NCBI GenBank assembly: GCA_965216315.1
Contig: CBDCFN010000015.1
Location: forward strand, 320,001 to 384,000
Reading direction: 5' to 3'
From: a bacterium
GTDB lineage: Bacteria; UBA10199; 2-02-FULL-50-16; JAJFLM01
Length of the DNA: 64,000 bases
Shown: positions 56,001 through 63,644 of the stretch, piece after piece
Numbering within the stretch: position 1 is the stretch's first letter
How the letters are laid out: every line of letters starts with the position of its first letter
Program-made: the position numbers and the translations under genes
Notes under the pieces: model-generated
Told to the model about the DNA's origin: nothing
What the model saw: the letters and a program-made list of their open reading frames with translations, nothing else
The model's database searches: none

Positions 56001-59000
56001 GGGGCCTTCGGGGTCGCGAGCATCAAAGGGAAGAATGGTCTGTGGGATGTCGTGGAAAGAGAAGCCCAGAAGGTGCGCGATGAATTGGGTCCTGACTATA
56101 ATGTTCACGCGACCAACCAAAATTCAACGCGGCAAGTCGGCTTTGCCGGGACGGAAAAGGGTGTCGAGGCCCTGGTCCATCGCCTCAGTGATCTTGGTAT
56201 CGACGGGTTGAAGACCCGGCGTCTCAATGCGATTGAAAACCCCTTTCATACGGACGCCTATGCCGATGCCGCCGAACGGATGTATCAATACCTGCAGGGA
56301 CTGGAGATCGACACATCACGCCTGCACCACATGATTTTAAACCATACCGGCGAGCGCTTTGCACCCGGAGACCAGGATATACGCCGTGCCCTCGCCAATC
56401 ACATCATGATGCCGATTCGGGTCGCCGATGGGCTTGAAACCGCCATTCGCGCCAATCCGAGCGCCGAACTGTTGGAGCTCGGCCATGTGACTGAATTGAC
56501 CAAGCGCGCTGCTGAAACGGTGGATGATCGAGGTTTGAATCACACGGGGGCAAGTCATTCCGCAGCGGATTCCTTTGCAGCGCTGACGTACGCCGAGCCC
56601 GATGACAAGATTGAGGTGGAGCAGCGGGCCGTGCGCTTGACGTCCGCGACGCCGCAGGCCGCTCCGGCAGCCGCCCCCGCAGCACAAGCGGCGGCAGCCG
56701 CGCCCGCAGCGGCAGTAGCCGCCCCCGTGGCGAGTGCCGCTGTGAGTGGAAAATATATTGAACCGCCCGCAGCCGGGACTCCCGAACACACGGCCTTACA
56801 GCAGGACGTGCGGGTGAGCTCCGCGATGCTGCTGACGGTTATGCCGGGGGCTTATAACAATATGCGCAGTGGCGCCCTGGCCCCCGATGACGCGGATTTA
56901 GTCGCGGCCGGGACCAATGCCCTGGTGACTTTAGGACCCGGGGCGATCGAGGGGCTTCAGACCGAACTCAAACACCGCGAAGACGCGCGGGATCGTTCCA
57001 CTGGCGCCGATAAGAAGATCCAGGAATTCATCGTCACGGCGCTCAATGCGGCGATCGAACGCTTGAAGGCCGCTCGCAAGGAGTTGGAGGCGTCCAAAGG
57101 CGGCGGCGGAGGGGGAGTCGACGTCGATTCACCGGAATTCCGGAGTGGTGTTGCGCAGGTCATGGATGCCGAAGCTGAAAAATTGGGTTTTGTCAGGACC
57201 TCAGCGGAGCAATTAAGCGACGCATCCAGCTACATTGCTGAAGTGGGTTCTGACGGCACGCTCTATCAACCCGGTGGGGTCAAGCAGGTGCAGGCCCAAG
57301 CGATCGCCGATGAGATCGCGACCAATACCTCCAAGCGTTTTGTTCGGATGATGACGGGTTCTTATAATGGCATCCGTTTCCACATGGATCAGATCCAGCA
57401 CAATGGGGCGGAAACCAATCTGTTTAACCTGGCCCGCGAACTCCGCGTGGCCGACAATGCCGGAACCCTCGCTAACATGTCGCAGGCGGCGATAGCACGC
57501 CGACGCCGGCGTTTGGCCAATCAGTTGGATGCGGATGGCGCAGCGCGTGCCGAAGCGCTGGCCGATCTGGCGGAGAGTCAAGGTTATGGGGCCGCCGCTG
57601 AAGTGTTGCGCGGTGTCGCGGCCGAAACCCGTGAGAGTTTGCAGGTCGGTGGATTACCACCGCTTCATCACTTTGAAATCACCGATTTTGATCCCCTTTA
57701 CGGCACGACTCAAATGGGTCGCGATGTATCCCGCGATATGTCGCCTGAGGAATCGCTGCAGTATCTCAAGGCGAACCAGCTGATCGACCCGGAACTGGCC
57801 GATCGTATCTTGGATTTCGTGACGGGCAAGGTCTCGTTGCGGGGTGAACGTGTCCTTGTAATGGGGAGTGGTACGATCTCAACACCCCTGATTGGTTTTC
57901 TCCTGGAGCAGGGGGCCCACGTTATTATGACGACGACGCGTCAGCGCGAACGCGTCAATCAGGAGGTCCATGACCTGTTCCAGGAATACGCCTCGCGCGA
58001 GGCGCGCTTGGAGGTCAAGACCGAGTTCGGCTTTAATCCGACCAACTACGTCAAATTGCGTGATGAAATGCGGTTGGATGGCTTTGCACCGACCCTTTTT
58101 CTCAATGGGGCCGGTCTGGGTGACTACGGTGCGTTTGCGGACGTTAGTACCGAAGACTGGCATGCCGTTTCCGAGGCCCTCGTGCGAGCACCCCTCTACA
58201 TGACCCGACTCTTGGCCAACTGGTATCTCCAGGAACAAAACGGCGTGACCTATACTTATATGGAACTCGCCAGTCCGGCCGCGGCCCGGCCTCTGCCTGG
58301 CAGTGGCTCTTATCGGGCGGCGAAGAATGCCCTCGATAACTTCGGCTGGGTCGATCATGTCGTTGCCTCTGAGGGGATGCGCCATGCCGACGGCACCCCG
58401 GTCGCGCGCCAAAAACAGCTCGTAGTCGGCTGGGTGAATGCCCCGGCCGATGCCAGCGGGAAATTGATGAGCGAGATGCGCAATAACTCGATGGCCGTCG
58501 TCGACCGCGCCCGTGAGGAAACGAATGTCCTGTTACATATCTTTAATGGTCAAACCATGGCGTCTGGGGCCCTTGGTGTCCTTCATCCGGCGCATCGAGG
58601 TCAGTCGGAACGTCTGGAGGCCTTAGGAAACTTTGATCATCCGCAATTAGAAGAAAATGGGCGCCTGGCGCAGATTATGGATGCCGTCAATAAGGCGGAA
58701 AAAGAGAAACACGACCAGGCGAAACGCCAGAACGGTAACAAGCCCCTGTCGGTTGCCGCGTCGCTACGTCATGCGGGCCGCACCGAGGAGGCCGATCGTC
58801 TTGAGGCCGCGCAACGCGAGGCCCGTGAAGTGGCGGAGGCCCATCCGTTTCAACATGGCTTGTTGTTCCGTGTTTGGGACATGCCTTTTTACATTCGTGA
58901 TGCGGCCAATGATGTCGATACTTTTGATGCCAACCGCCATGTCGAGGCCAGTAACGATGATCTCGTCGCCGTCGGTGTCGCCGGCACGGGTCCTTATGGC

Positions 59001-61571
59001 AAGACTTTGATCGGTAACTATCGCAATCCGCTGGAACGTTGGGGCGTGACCGGTGATTGGGGCGGTGCGGATTGGCAGGAATTAACGTCCACGATGCCGG
59101 ATATTCAGGCGGCCATGGTCAAGGCCATTGATGGCGTCGATAAGCCGGAAGACCTGACGCCGGAGCACTTCCGCGCGGAGTCTCCGGACGGCAAACCCTG
59201 GAGCGATAGAATTTTTGCGCAATCCGGTCTGCGTCAATTGGAGCACCTTGCCCGTCATCGTCGACTCGGATCGACCGTACTCAGTGACGATGCGTGGGTG
59301 CCGCTCTCGATTAACAATAAAGAGGTGATCAAACGCCACAGCGATGCGGGTCATGAAATCAAGGTTGAAGAGGCCTACAACGCCGAAACCGGCGAATATG
59401 AAACGCGGGTTTATGGCCGGGTGCCTCAAGGCGAAGATGTCTTTACCTGGGTGATCGATTCGCTCAACGTGTCGACGCTGGCGGATCTCCCGGGCGGGAC
59501 CGATAACTTCTTTAAGGCGATTACCGGGGTCTCTCCCAATGAGATGGTGATTCGCTCGTTTGCAACGGTGCTGACACGACTCACGGTCTCGCAGCTCCTG
59601 CGTTTTATGGGGATGAATGCGACCGATATACGCCGTGAAGTGACCGCGGCGGCGATTAACGTCGTGGCCGGGATCGGGATGGTCGACTTTAATCCGACGG
59701 ACGAGATGATGCTGTCGGCCGCACTTCGGGACAAGACCGAAAAAGACGCGATTGAAAAGGCGATTCCCAATGCGGTTTCCAATGCCAAGATCCATCAATT
59801 GGGCGCTGCGGACAGTTCGACGACGACCTCCGAGGCCTGTGCGACGGGTCCGGGGGCCCTTAAGATCGTTGAGGAGCAATACCTTGCGGCGAAGGCGCTG
59901 ATGGACAAAACGGCCGCGGCCGTGGCCGCCGGGCATGCCACGGAGGATCAACTCTTTAATGTGGCCCTCGATTACTACATGAAGGCCTACTTTGCCTGGT
60001 CCGTGGATCACGCCCAGGGGGCTGCTAACGTGCAGTCCTTTGATGCCCTCGGTGATCGTGGCGCGATGGCGCGGGATGACTTTTTGGCCGAGAATGGCCT
60101 GCCCCATCACTTGGCCTTGGCCGCGCACAATGAATATCGAGACGGTTTTATCGCCGGCGTCATGATCGGTGGGATTACCTTCTTCCCACGTCTGCTGGCG
60201 GATATCGTCGGGGCCCGACCGATTGCCCGCATGATTGGGGTGACGGGATCAACGGACTTTAATCCGCAGATCAGTGGAGGCAGTTCCAGCCGGGCGGATA
60301 CCGCGCCGGGAGTAGAAGGTCAGATCTTATCACTGATACGCTTGATCGATCGACTCAAGCAAGAAGGGTACAGCATCGATGATATCGTTGCCTGGTTTAC
60401 CCACTCAACGGGGACCATGGGCGATGACAAGCAGTCCGAGGCCCTACGCGAGGCCTTAGAGTTGGCCAACGCGGCCGAACCGGGCTTGGCTGTTGAGGTC
60501 TTTGCTAAACAAATCTTTGGTCATGGTCTCGGGGCGACGATGTTTGAGCAGGCCATTGCCTTGGTCTTTCTCCACATCGGACAAACATTGGGTCAACCGG
60601 CCTTGAGCCGGACGATTGCGGCGACGGCGGAGAATCCGCACATGTTTCCGAGCCGCCAGCCCTTGGACGTCTTTGGCGCCGTGGGACGCAGTCCGCGTCG
60701 CGGGGTCGTCGGAACCAATTTTGGGTTCCACGGTGAAAACCGCGCCTGGGCGATGTTTGCGGATACGACAGGGTATCAATCCGTCGGTGCGGCCATTGCG
60801 GGGCAAGAGCGTCGGGTCCTTAATGAGGCCCAGGCGATTGCGGACACGCATGCCAATCGCGACGGCGCGATGGATGATATCACCAAGTACAATACCGAAC
60901 ATGCGCCGGTCAGTAGTCATCCGCACGCCCAATTTATGGCCGATCATGCCCGCACGATTGCGATGATGATGGTCGAACAAGAGTTGACCGATCGTGCCTT
61001 CGACTTTGATAGCAATCTAGAAAATGAGGTCCTGGCCTATGAAGCCCGCCTGCGTCAACAAGGGCAGCTGCCTGGTCGGGTGACCTTGGGCCATAAGCGA
61101 GCCCTGGCAGCCATGGGTGGCGCGGATTACCAAGGACCCAACGCAGCAGTCGTGAACGCCCACCAGAGCGAGCAACAGGTCAGCAATGACGCGGTCCGTA
61201 CGGCTTACCAGCAATGGGGGGAGGGTTTTGCCGATGTGGCGGAGACCCTCGGTATCGATCAAGATTTCGTCCAGGGATATCTCGATCAATATGCCCGCGT
61301 CATGAGCCAGCTCAATGTCGCGCGACAGATCCCGCGTGATTGGAATTATCTGGCCAAGAGTTATCTTATCAAGGTTGGCGCCAAGGACGCCGCGTTGCTC
61401 TTACAGCGCACCATTGCTGATTTGACGCGTCGTCACGGTGAGGATCCTGTCTTGAGCCAGGCCATGGCCCTTTGGGTCTATCAGATGGCGGCCCAGAATC
61501 GTTTAAATGAAGTAAGTTGGGCACAGGTCCGGCAGTTGTGGGCGAATCGCCAGACGGCTGCTGCAGAATAG
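50007..61571 (+). CDS. Divergent type I (mycobacterial/fungal-architecture) fatty acid synthase AT-ER-DH-MPT-[linker]-KR-KS with N-terminal leader
   Basis: AT: APGQ, GHSQG, SPFHH; ER: AAMT, EG..GGGHNS; DH: DPNAIH..IIAQGM; MPT: FPGQGFQ..GM, TQPALF, NSLG, NPFH; Ala/Pro linker; KR: VLVMGSG..GA.VI.TT, YRAAK; KS: G.GPYG, EACATG, THSTGT, KQIFGH, NFGF. Confidence 0.88.
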   Translation: MPIIGSSLGLGNAGLLAAGGASHNVGLFQSFLGQAVSQVIASDRATEVVEGLLSQPNHGTLLQESGIQAESSEDILEQIAGSTEYARRALDNRELLEGIIASFVTQGQVELGDEFAVLLNPVTAGVHFTAAELGGIYSPVAGTDAGARYAQPLSHAIQTETATLRNALSEATTATQRLMDARHVDATQAAAINAVWTSMARLDRLLNVDVVQKPARLGEIDELQKATEAYLSDLGLQPMSQLALEMREGNYRFMLQAPGQANEYIGLFKQVYGRSDVARRFVDEIVIPALRSEGIDVNEYLDMDPAQLSLEQNKAVLNSSRISQPMILATQLALLEELKSYGFDPQFFTAGSGHSQGLLLASVAAGKTGPAEALRIVAIHGREMQNGTKAANTKVPMVSVLGISRMEAARMSNEINLHLALVNGIPGETAPLNPSQLRELKEKADSDMLYGRLFPVEKMAQDPALRAAYPFFARYFNRDFHLTDEEIRKLGLPRGLNESAAFIIRGDMETTYTALINMEPSDGSRTRGVMPAFIFSGTHQAQELVLGLLGNKQAGTEPHPAFRNVGYNFNKKEETTFPKTAVLITSSPFHHAGEQRAAFEKSVARADETRGEATFPVVLNSEPASFAELGLTPQQEAQRITAEQHVRHVDWPATVEKMLTFGDQTKPAVFVSMGDGVVAGFTAATTAGRATTIAAANKDGSGFAQLTSRKSAGLRLRTAPLADRSIYEPIEAQVLAGRPNVDGQYLGPIGYLSSVTLGNDKQRLDLIRRIRKVVDFSDPMHPKFNNDEILARLGAEGPYGVAAMTGPGTSKLIGAVARAGRTAYLAAGNYPGKAHLNISIKQGFITGLIDTAWETTRSADPATGELDAGSLTYGGEPVVRGSIETYSDRAQTDGQYLGEARFEGPMKSFGVNLMHAAGGGVFSKAQCDATAEMIDRGLPIDKISVGIYLIQDNAELRRYIPLLARGVRFAPLLPNMNAIRIYQDEHIPYLKEELKKYLEGGWRTFNADNPGYYESDAIHSRFAAAHPEYFGKGGYDRFMADHPDLLMKMREGNDGGGHNSPEGTPTYRLVQDAVVNPKNEKTKNISTGGYSFGVAVADALLSGAAGVQAGSVFEITQEADLPYKVKALIMEVADPDSPREATNIVSEFGKPLNVAVNAFSQAYVDLVATDDAEEILDILAREPVDSVRFHREFWNNGIETEDPALNFVMKNEAVFEPIWDFLVGDRQSGRQAALDAIRKLNAEDEKRCHANFLKKHKDESTRPAWNPTEGNDKAQLITFYRVFRTNMIQSGEVDPEWAYVLVGRSITRMPQQFLERFKADGTLPTVSEFINTIESDALSYLTQLMGRALTVQAQRAQAYELQSFDPVPNVQIFRQASEEGQQTLRVRPLGAMSEDALASFRRAAKAQGYGHVAEVLRQGSEFNRFFTPRAGREFYFDLQATDGQSPQLVAVRILQDGKEIARVESPSATEVTMSYEVPRDAYGELEPRTLTYQYNLQEPVPGVHEWRLDRERVQRESTAIFGELLTGTQLDYTGRTISDTYTDQRPVSEERVREYARIVGEGYDVFHREGVVHPGLVGVESLRSAVLASNHPDFQTDRFQLLHAFFNQSFGTSASVGSDVQVASRNTEATGLDNGGFSQDARIVTRNAAGDVVSEVDTGFVNLDPRSRFTPLSESIDPELADPATAETLTGFAAYPIWQPERVVKVTRQDILDYTMFDPNAIHHADFVAQMAGLDDGIIAQGMLVHGKMVSHMLGGYLQGDLDRAVSVKTTFTGKVLPGEDLDLVAYRIGQQGEYDILRFDATNADGNTVVTQEWKVRRNGQIVAFPGQGFQKAGMWTSVTNRYQAPQDAKPELKAAYERAQQAQRTFLKQVDQHSLERWGFRLSDVVKHAPKTLSFNVSEDYAGESYRGRSKGERLTVRNASQNGILSETDFTQPALFVAYVLDWIGMRELGKIHPDADIVYNSLGKIAALVAVGAISPVDGLQLARARGVFMGEVKGAFGVASIKGKNGLWDVVEREAQKVRDELGPDYNVHATNQNSTRQVGFAGTEKGVEALVHRLSDLGIDGLKTRRLNAIENPFHTDAYADAAERMYQYLQGLEIDTSRLHHMILNHTGERFAPGDQDIRRALANHIMMPIRVADGLETAIRANPSAELLELGHVTELTKRAAETVDDRGLNHTGASHSAADSFAALTYAEPDDKIEVEQRAVRLTSATPQAAPAAAPAAQAAAAAPAAAVAAPVASAAVSGKYIEPPAAGTPEHTALQQDVRVSSAMLLTVMPGAYNNMRSGALAPDDADLVAAGTNALVTLGPGAIEGLQTELKHREDARDRSTGADKKIQEFIVTALNAAIERLKAARKELEASKGGGGGGVDVDSPEFRSGVAQVMDAEAEKLGFVRTSAEQLSDASSYIAEVGSDGTLYQPGGVKQVQAQAIADEIATNTSKRFVRMMTGSYNGIRFHMDQIQHNGAETNLFNLARELRVADNAGTLANMSQAAIARRRRRLANQLDADGAARAEALADLAESQGYGAAAEVLRGVAAETRESLQVGGLPPLHHFEITDFDPLYGTTQMGRDVSRDMSPEESLQYLKANQLIDPELADRILDFVTGKVSLRGERVLVMGSGTISTPLIGFLLEQGAHVIMTTTRQRERVNQEVHDLFQEYASREARLEVKTEFGFNPTNYVKLRDEMRLDGFAPTLFLNGAGLGDYGAFADVSTEDWHAVSEALVRAPLYMTRLLANWYLQEQNGVTYTYMELASPAAARPLPGSGSYRAAKNALDNFGWVDHVVASEGMRHADGTPVARQKQLVVGWVNAPADASGKLMSEMRNNSMAVVDRAREETNVLLHIFNGQTMASGALGVLHPAHRGQSERLEALGNFDHPQLEENGRLAQIMDAVNKAEKEKHDQAKRQNGNKPLSVAASLRHAGRTEEADRLEAAQREAREVAEAHPFQHGLLFRVWDMPFYIRDAANDVDTFDANRHVEASNDDLVAVGVAGTGPYGKTLIGNYRNPLERWGVTGDWGGADWQELTSTMPDIQAAMVKAIDGVDKPEDLTPEHFRAESPDGKPWSDRIFAQSGLRQLEHLARHRRLGSTVLSDDAWVPLSINNKEVIKRHSDAGHEIKVEEAYNAETGEYETRVYGRVPQGEDVFTWVIDSLNVSTLADLPGGTDNFFKAITGVSPNEMVIRSFATVLTRLTVSQLLRFMGMNATDIRREVTAAAINVVAGIGMVDFNPTDEMMLSAALRDKTEKDAIEKAIPNAVSNAKIHQLGAADSSTTTSEACATGPGALKIVEEQYLAAKALMDKTAAAVAAGHATEDQLFNVALDYYMKAYFAWSVDHAQGAANVQSFDALGDRGAMARDDFLAENGLPHHLALAAHNEYRDGFIAGVMIGGITFFPRLLADIVGARPIARMIGVTGSTDFNPQISGGSSSRADTAPGVEGQILSLIRLIDRLKQEGYSIDDIVAWFTHSTGTMGDDKQSEALREALELANAAEPGLAVEVFAKQIFGHGLGATMFEQAIALVFLHIGQTLGQPALSRTIAATAENPHMFPSRQPLDVFGAVGRSPRRGVVGTNFGFHGENRAWAMFADTTGYQSVGAAIAGQERRVLNEAQAIADTHANRDGAMDDITKYNTEHAPVSSHPHAQFMADHARTIAMMMVEQELTDRAFDFDSNLENEVLAYEARLRQQGQLPGRVTLGHKRALAAMGGADYQGPNAAVVNAHQSEQQVSNDAVRTAYQQWGEGFADVAETLGIDQDFVQGYLDQYARVMSQLNVARQIPRDWNYLAKSYLIKVGAKDAALLLQRTIADLTRRHGEDPVLSQAMALWVYQMAAQNRLNEVSWAQVRQLWANRQTAAAE

Positions 61572-61601
61572 CAACGCAACGAGTTGTAGAAGGAGAGAAG
61601 C

Positions 61602-61898
61602 ATGTTTGCATCAATTGGAATGACGTCACTTTATTCCATGGCCGTCCCGACGCTGGCCTCATCGAGTTTTGATATGGCCCTGACTTCAGTGCGCAATTTG
61701 GTCGTGGAAATCAGCGGCAACCAAGCAGCCGCCCAGGCTCCGGCGACGGCAGAATTTACGGATTTTATGGGTTCGGATCTCTTGCCAACGGTCTTGACGG
61801 GATTGGCGAATGCCGTCGGCGAAGATGCCGATACGCTGCGCGGTAAGAAAATTATGACTTTTGGTCAGGCGGCTCAGTATATTCTGGATCGCTCCTAA
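61602..61898 (+). CDS. Stand-alone acyl carrier protein with N-terminal leader
   Basis: After a ~25-aa leader: AEFTDFMG-S-DLLPTVLTGLANAVG (Ser at the start of helix II) and KKIMTFGQAAQYI, resembling ACP KITTV..AIDYI; SD AGGAG. Confidence 0.62.
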   Translation: MFASIGMTSLYSMAVPTLASSSFDMALTSVRNLVVEISGNQAAAQAPATAEFTDFMGSDLLPTVLTGLANAVGEDADTLRGKKIMTFGQAAQYILDRS

Positions 61899-63537
61899 GC
61901 GCGACGACACTCACGATCGCATCCCCTGCACGATGGACGATGCCTTCGGCATGATGGGCCTGCCATTGACGCAAGCCGGCCAAGCTTCCCCCGCTTAATT
62001 CCAGTCGGTGCCAACGTTCCGTTTCAAGTGGCGCGTTAAACTCGCGGTACATCCACATATTATGACGCGCATCCGGATGGTGCGGGTAGAGGGCCTTGAA
62101 GATCGCCTCACTGATCGCATGACGTTCGGCCATCTGATGGGCACTGGGCCGCGTGTCACCGGGAAACAGCTCTTGGTAGCGGTCTTTAGGGAAATAAATC
62201 TTGGGATCTCCTGGTCCCCACCAGCCTTCTTCGTGGCGCCAAAAAACCCGGGCATCGGCCAGATCGATACCCAGACCGAGAAGATGCGGTGTTTGATGGG
62301 CCGCGCGAATACTCAATAAGCCGAGGGACAAACGGCCCACATCAGTAAAGCTGAGCCGGATATCACCAATGTTGCGCGCCTGTCTTATGCGCTCGAGTGG
62401 TTCGGATAACTGAAACTGCGCGAGACCCGTGTCTGGATCGGGAAAAATTTCAATATCCTGAGGACTCCAGAGGGTATCTCCGCATTCCGGGGCTTGATCG
62501 GTGAGGTATTGCCAGAGGGCCCGCTTGATCTCGATCCAGTTTGTTAGCTTGCGAATCTGTTCCTCGGGATGGTCCTTGAGGGCGGCGATACGTTCCATAA
62601 AGTAGCCCTGCTGCTCCGCGGGAGAAAAATAGTGAGTGATGAGACTGAGGGGCTCGCGACGCTGTTGGCGGCCAATGGGCTGCGTGTCAGCGGCCCAAAA
62701 GATCAGCCCGTGCAGGGGATCCGTCCGGCTTCGGGCGCGCTTAATGACGCGGAGTTGATGCTTGTCCGAATGAATGATGTCGGGGCTGACGGGACCCTGA
62801 AAGAGGGCATTAAGCTCCTGTGCGAAGTCAATCCAGCGCTGGCGTTCGCGCCTCTTGGGTGAAAGCTTCATGGGACGGTAGCCCCGGTAGACCTTTAGTT
62901 CACGTTGTTTTTCGTGACGTGTTTGCCGGGCCGCAAAGGTCTTGGGCAGGAGTCTCTGTCCGAGTTCACGACCGAGATCGAGGCTGAGACTGACCATCAA
63001 GGCCTGACCGGCAAGTCCTAAGGAGGCCCCGAAGAAGCCCGTGTCGCCGGCGATAGACAGGCCTAATAAGATGGCGCCAAATTGGAGACCTTCGCGCAAG
63101 AGAAAGCGGTAGACCTTGCCGGCCGTACTCAGTTCGCTGCGTCGTCCAGGCTTATTCAACAGTCCGTGTTGCAGGAGCCAGGTTGTGGCCTGCTCTTCCG
63201 TCCAGGCGGCGGCCTTGACCAGGCCGACGACGGCCGCAACCGAGGCCGTCGTCGAAAGGAGGTCGGCACCGGAAACGGCGGCCTCACCGGCCGCGAGCTG
63301 ACCGATGGCCTGCTCAATGTTGTGCGTGACGCTTAAGGTGACGGTCTCCGCCGCCAAGCCGATGCCGCGGGCCTTCAATAAGTCGCTCGACTCGGGGCTA
63401 AGCGGATTGATCTCAGCCCCTCGATCAATGGCATTGTCGACGGTTTCGCCCGCCAGCATATTTACGGTGTTGGCAGCGAGACCCCCGAGGAGGCTCGAAG
63501 AGGCCAGGATCGTCGATTGAGTACATACAGGCAACAT
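61852..63537 (-). CDS. Membrane-anchored 4'-phosphopantetheinyl transferase with two AcpS-like domains and a leader
   Basis: Domain 2: LGLGIDL...AERHAISEAIFKAL (AcpS G-x-D and A.RFAAKEA..KAL); domain 1: YFSPAE..W.EIKRAL..DIEI..D..G...IRLSFT; hydrophobic segments upstream; start ATG 63537 follows the promoter motif. Confidence 0.72.
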   Translation of the reverse strand: MLPVCTQSTILASSSLLGGLAANTVNMLAGETVDNAIDRGAEINPLSPESSDLLKARGIGLAAETVTLSVTHNIEQAIGQLAAGEAAVSGADLLSTTASVAAVVGLVKAAAWTEEQATTWLLQHGLLNKPGRRSELSTAGKVYRFLLREGLQFGAILLGLSIAGDTGFFGASLGLAGQALMVSLSLDLGRELGQRLLPKTFAARQTRHEKQRELKVYRGYRPMKLSPKRRERQRWIDFAQELNALFQGPVSPDIIHSDKHQLRVIKRARSRTDPLHGLIFWAADTQPIGRQQRREPLSLITHYFSPAEQQGYFMERIAALKDHPEEQIRKLTNWIEIKRALWQYLTDQAPECGDTLWSPQDIEIFPDPDTGLAQFQLSEPLERIRQARNIGDIRLSFTDVGRLSLGLLSIRAAHQTPHLLGLGIDLADARVFWRHEEGWWGPGDPKIYFPKDRYQELFPGDTRPSAHQMAERHAISEAIFKALYPHHPDARHNMWMYREFNAPLETERWHRLELSGGSLAGLRQWQAHHAEGIVHRAGDAIVSVVALRSDPEYTEPPDQKS

Positions 63538-63545
63538 CGTCCCTG

Positions 63546-63570
63546 TTTCGGCGAGCGGGACGGACTGTTG
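63546..63570 (-). promoter_or_regulatory. Sigma28-like promoter, copy 10 (near-leaderless)
   Basis: Reverse strand CAAC-N15-CCGAAA, 8 nt before ATG 63537. Confidence 0.68.
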
Positions 63571-63644
63571 CTCGAAAATGAGCAATAATTAGCCTTTATT
63601 TTCAAAGACTTGTCAGATATCACTTTGTTAGCGAGGAGACTCGG

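Noticed and set aside
52728..60128. Long antisense ORFs within FAS (323, 279 and 348 aa) and similar ones opposite other genes
   Set aside because: Expected shadow ORFs of GC-rich coding sequence, with no motifs or RBS
50007..61571. Modular PKS or Pfa-type PUFA synthase
   Set aside because: Domain order starts with AT-ER and ends with KR-KS as in FAS-I; no N-terminal KS-AT and no tandem ACPs
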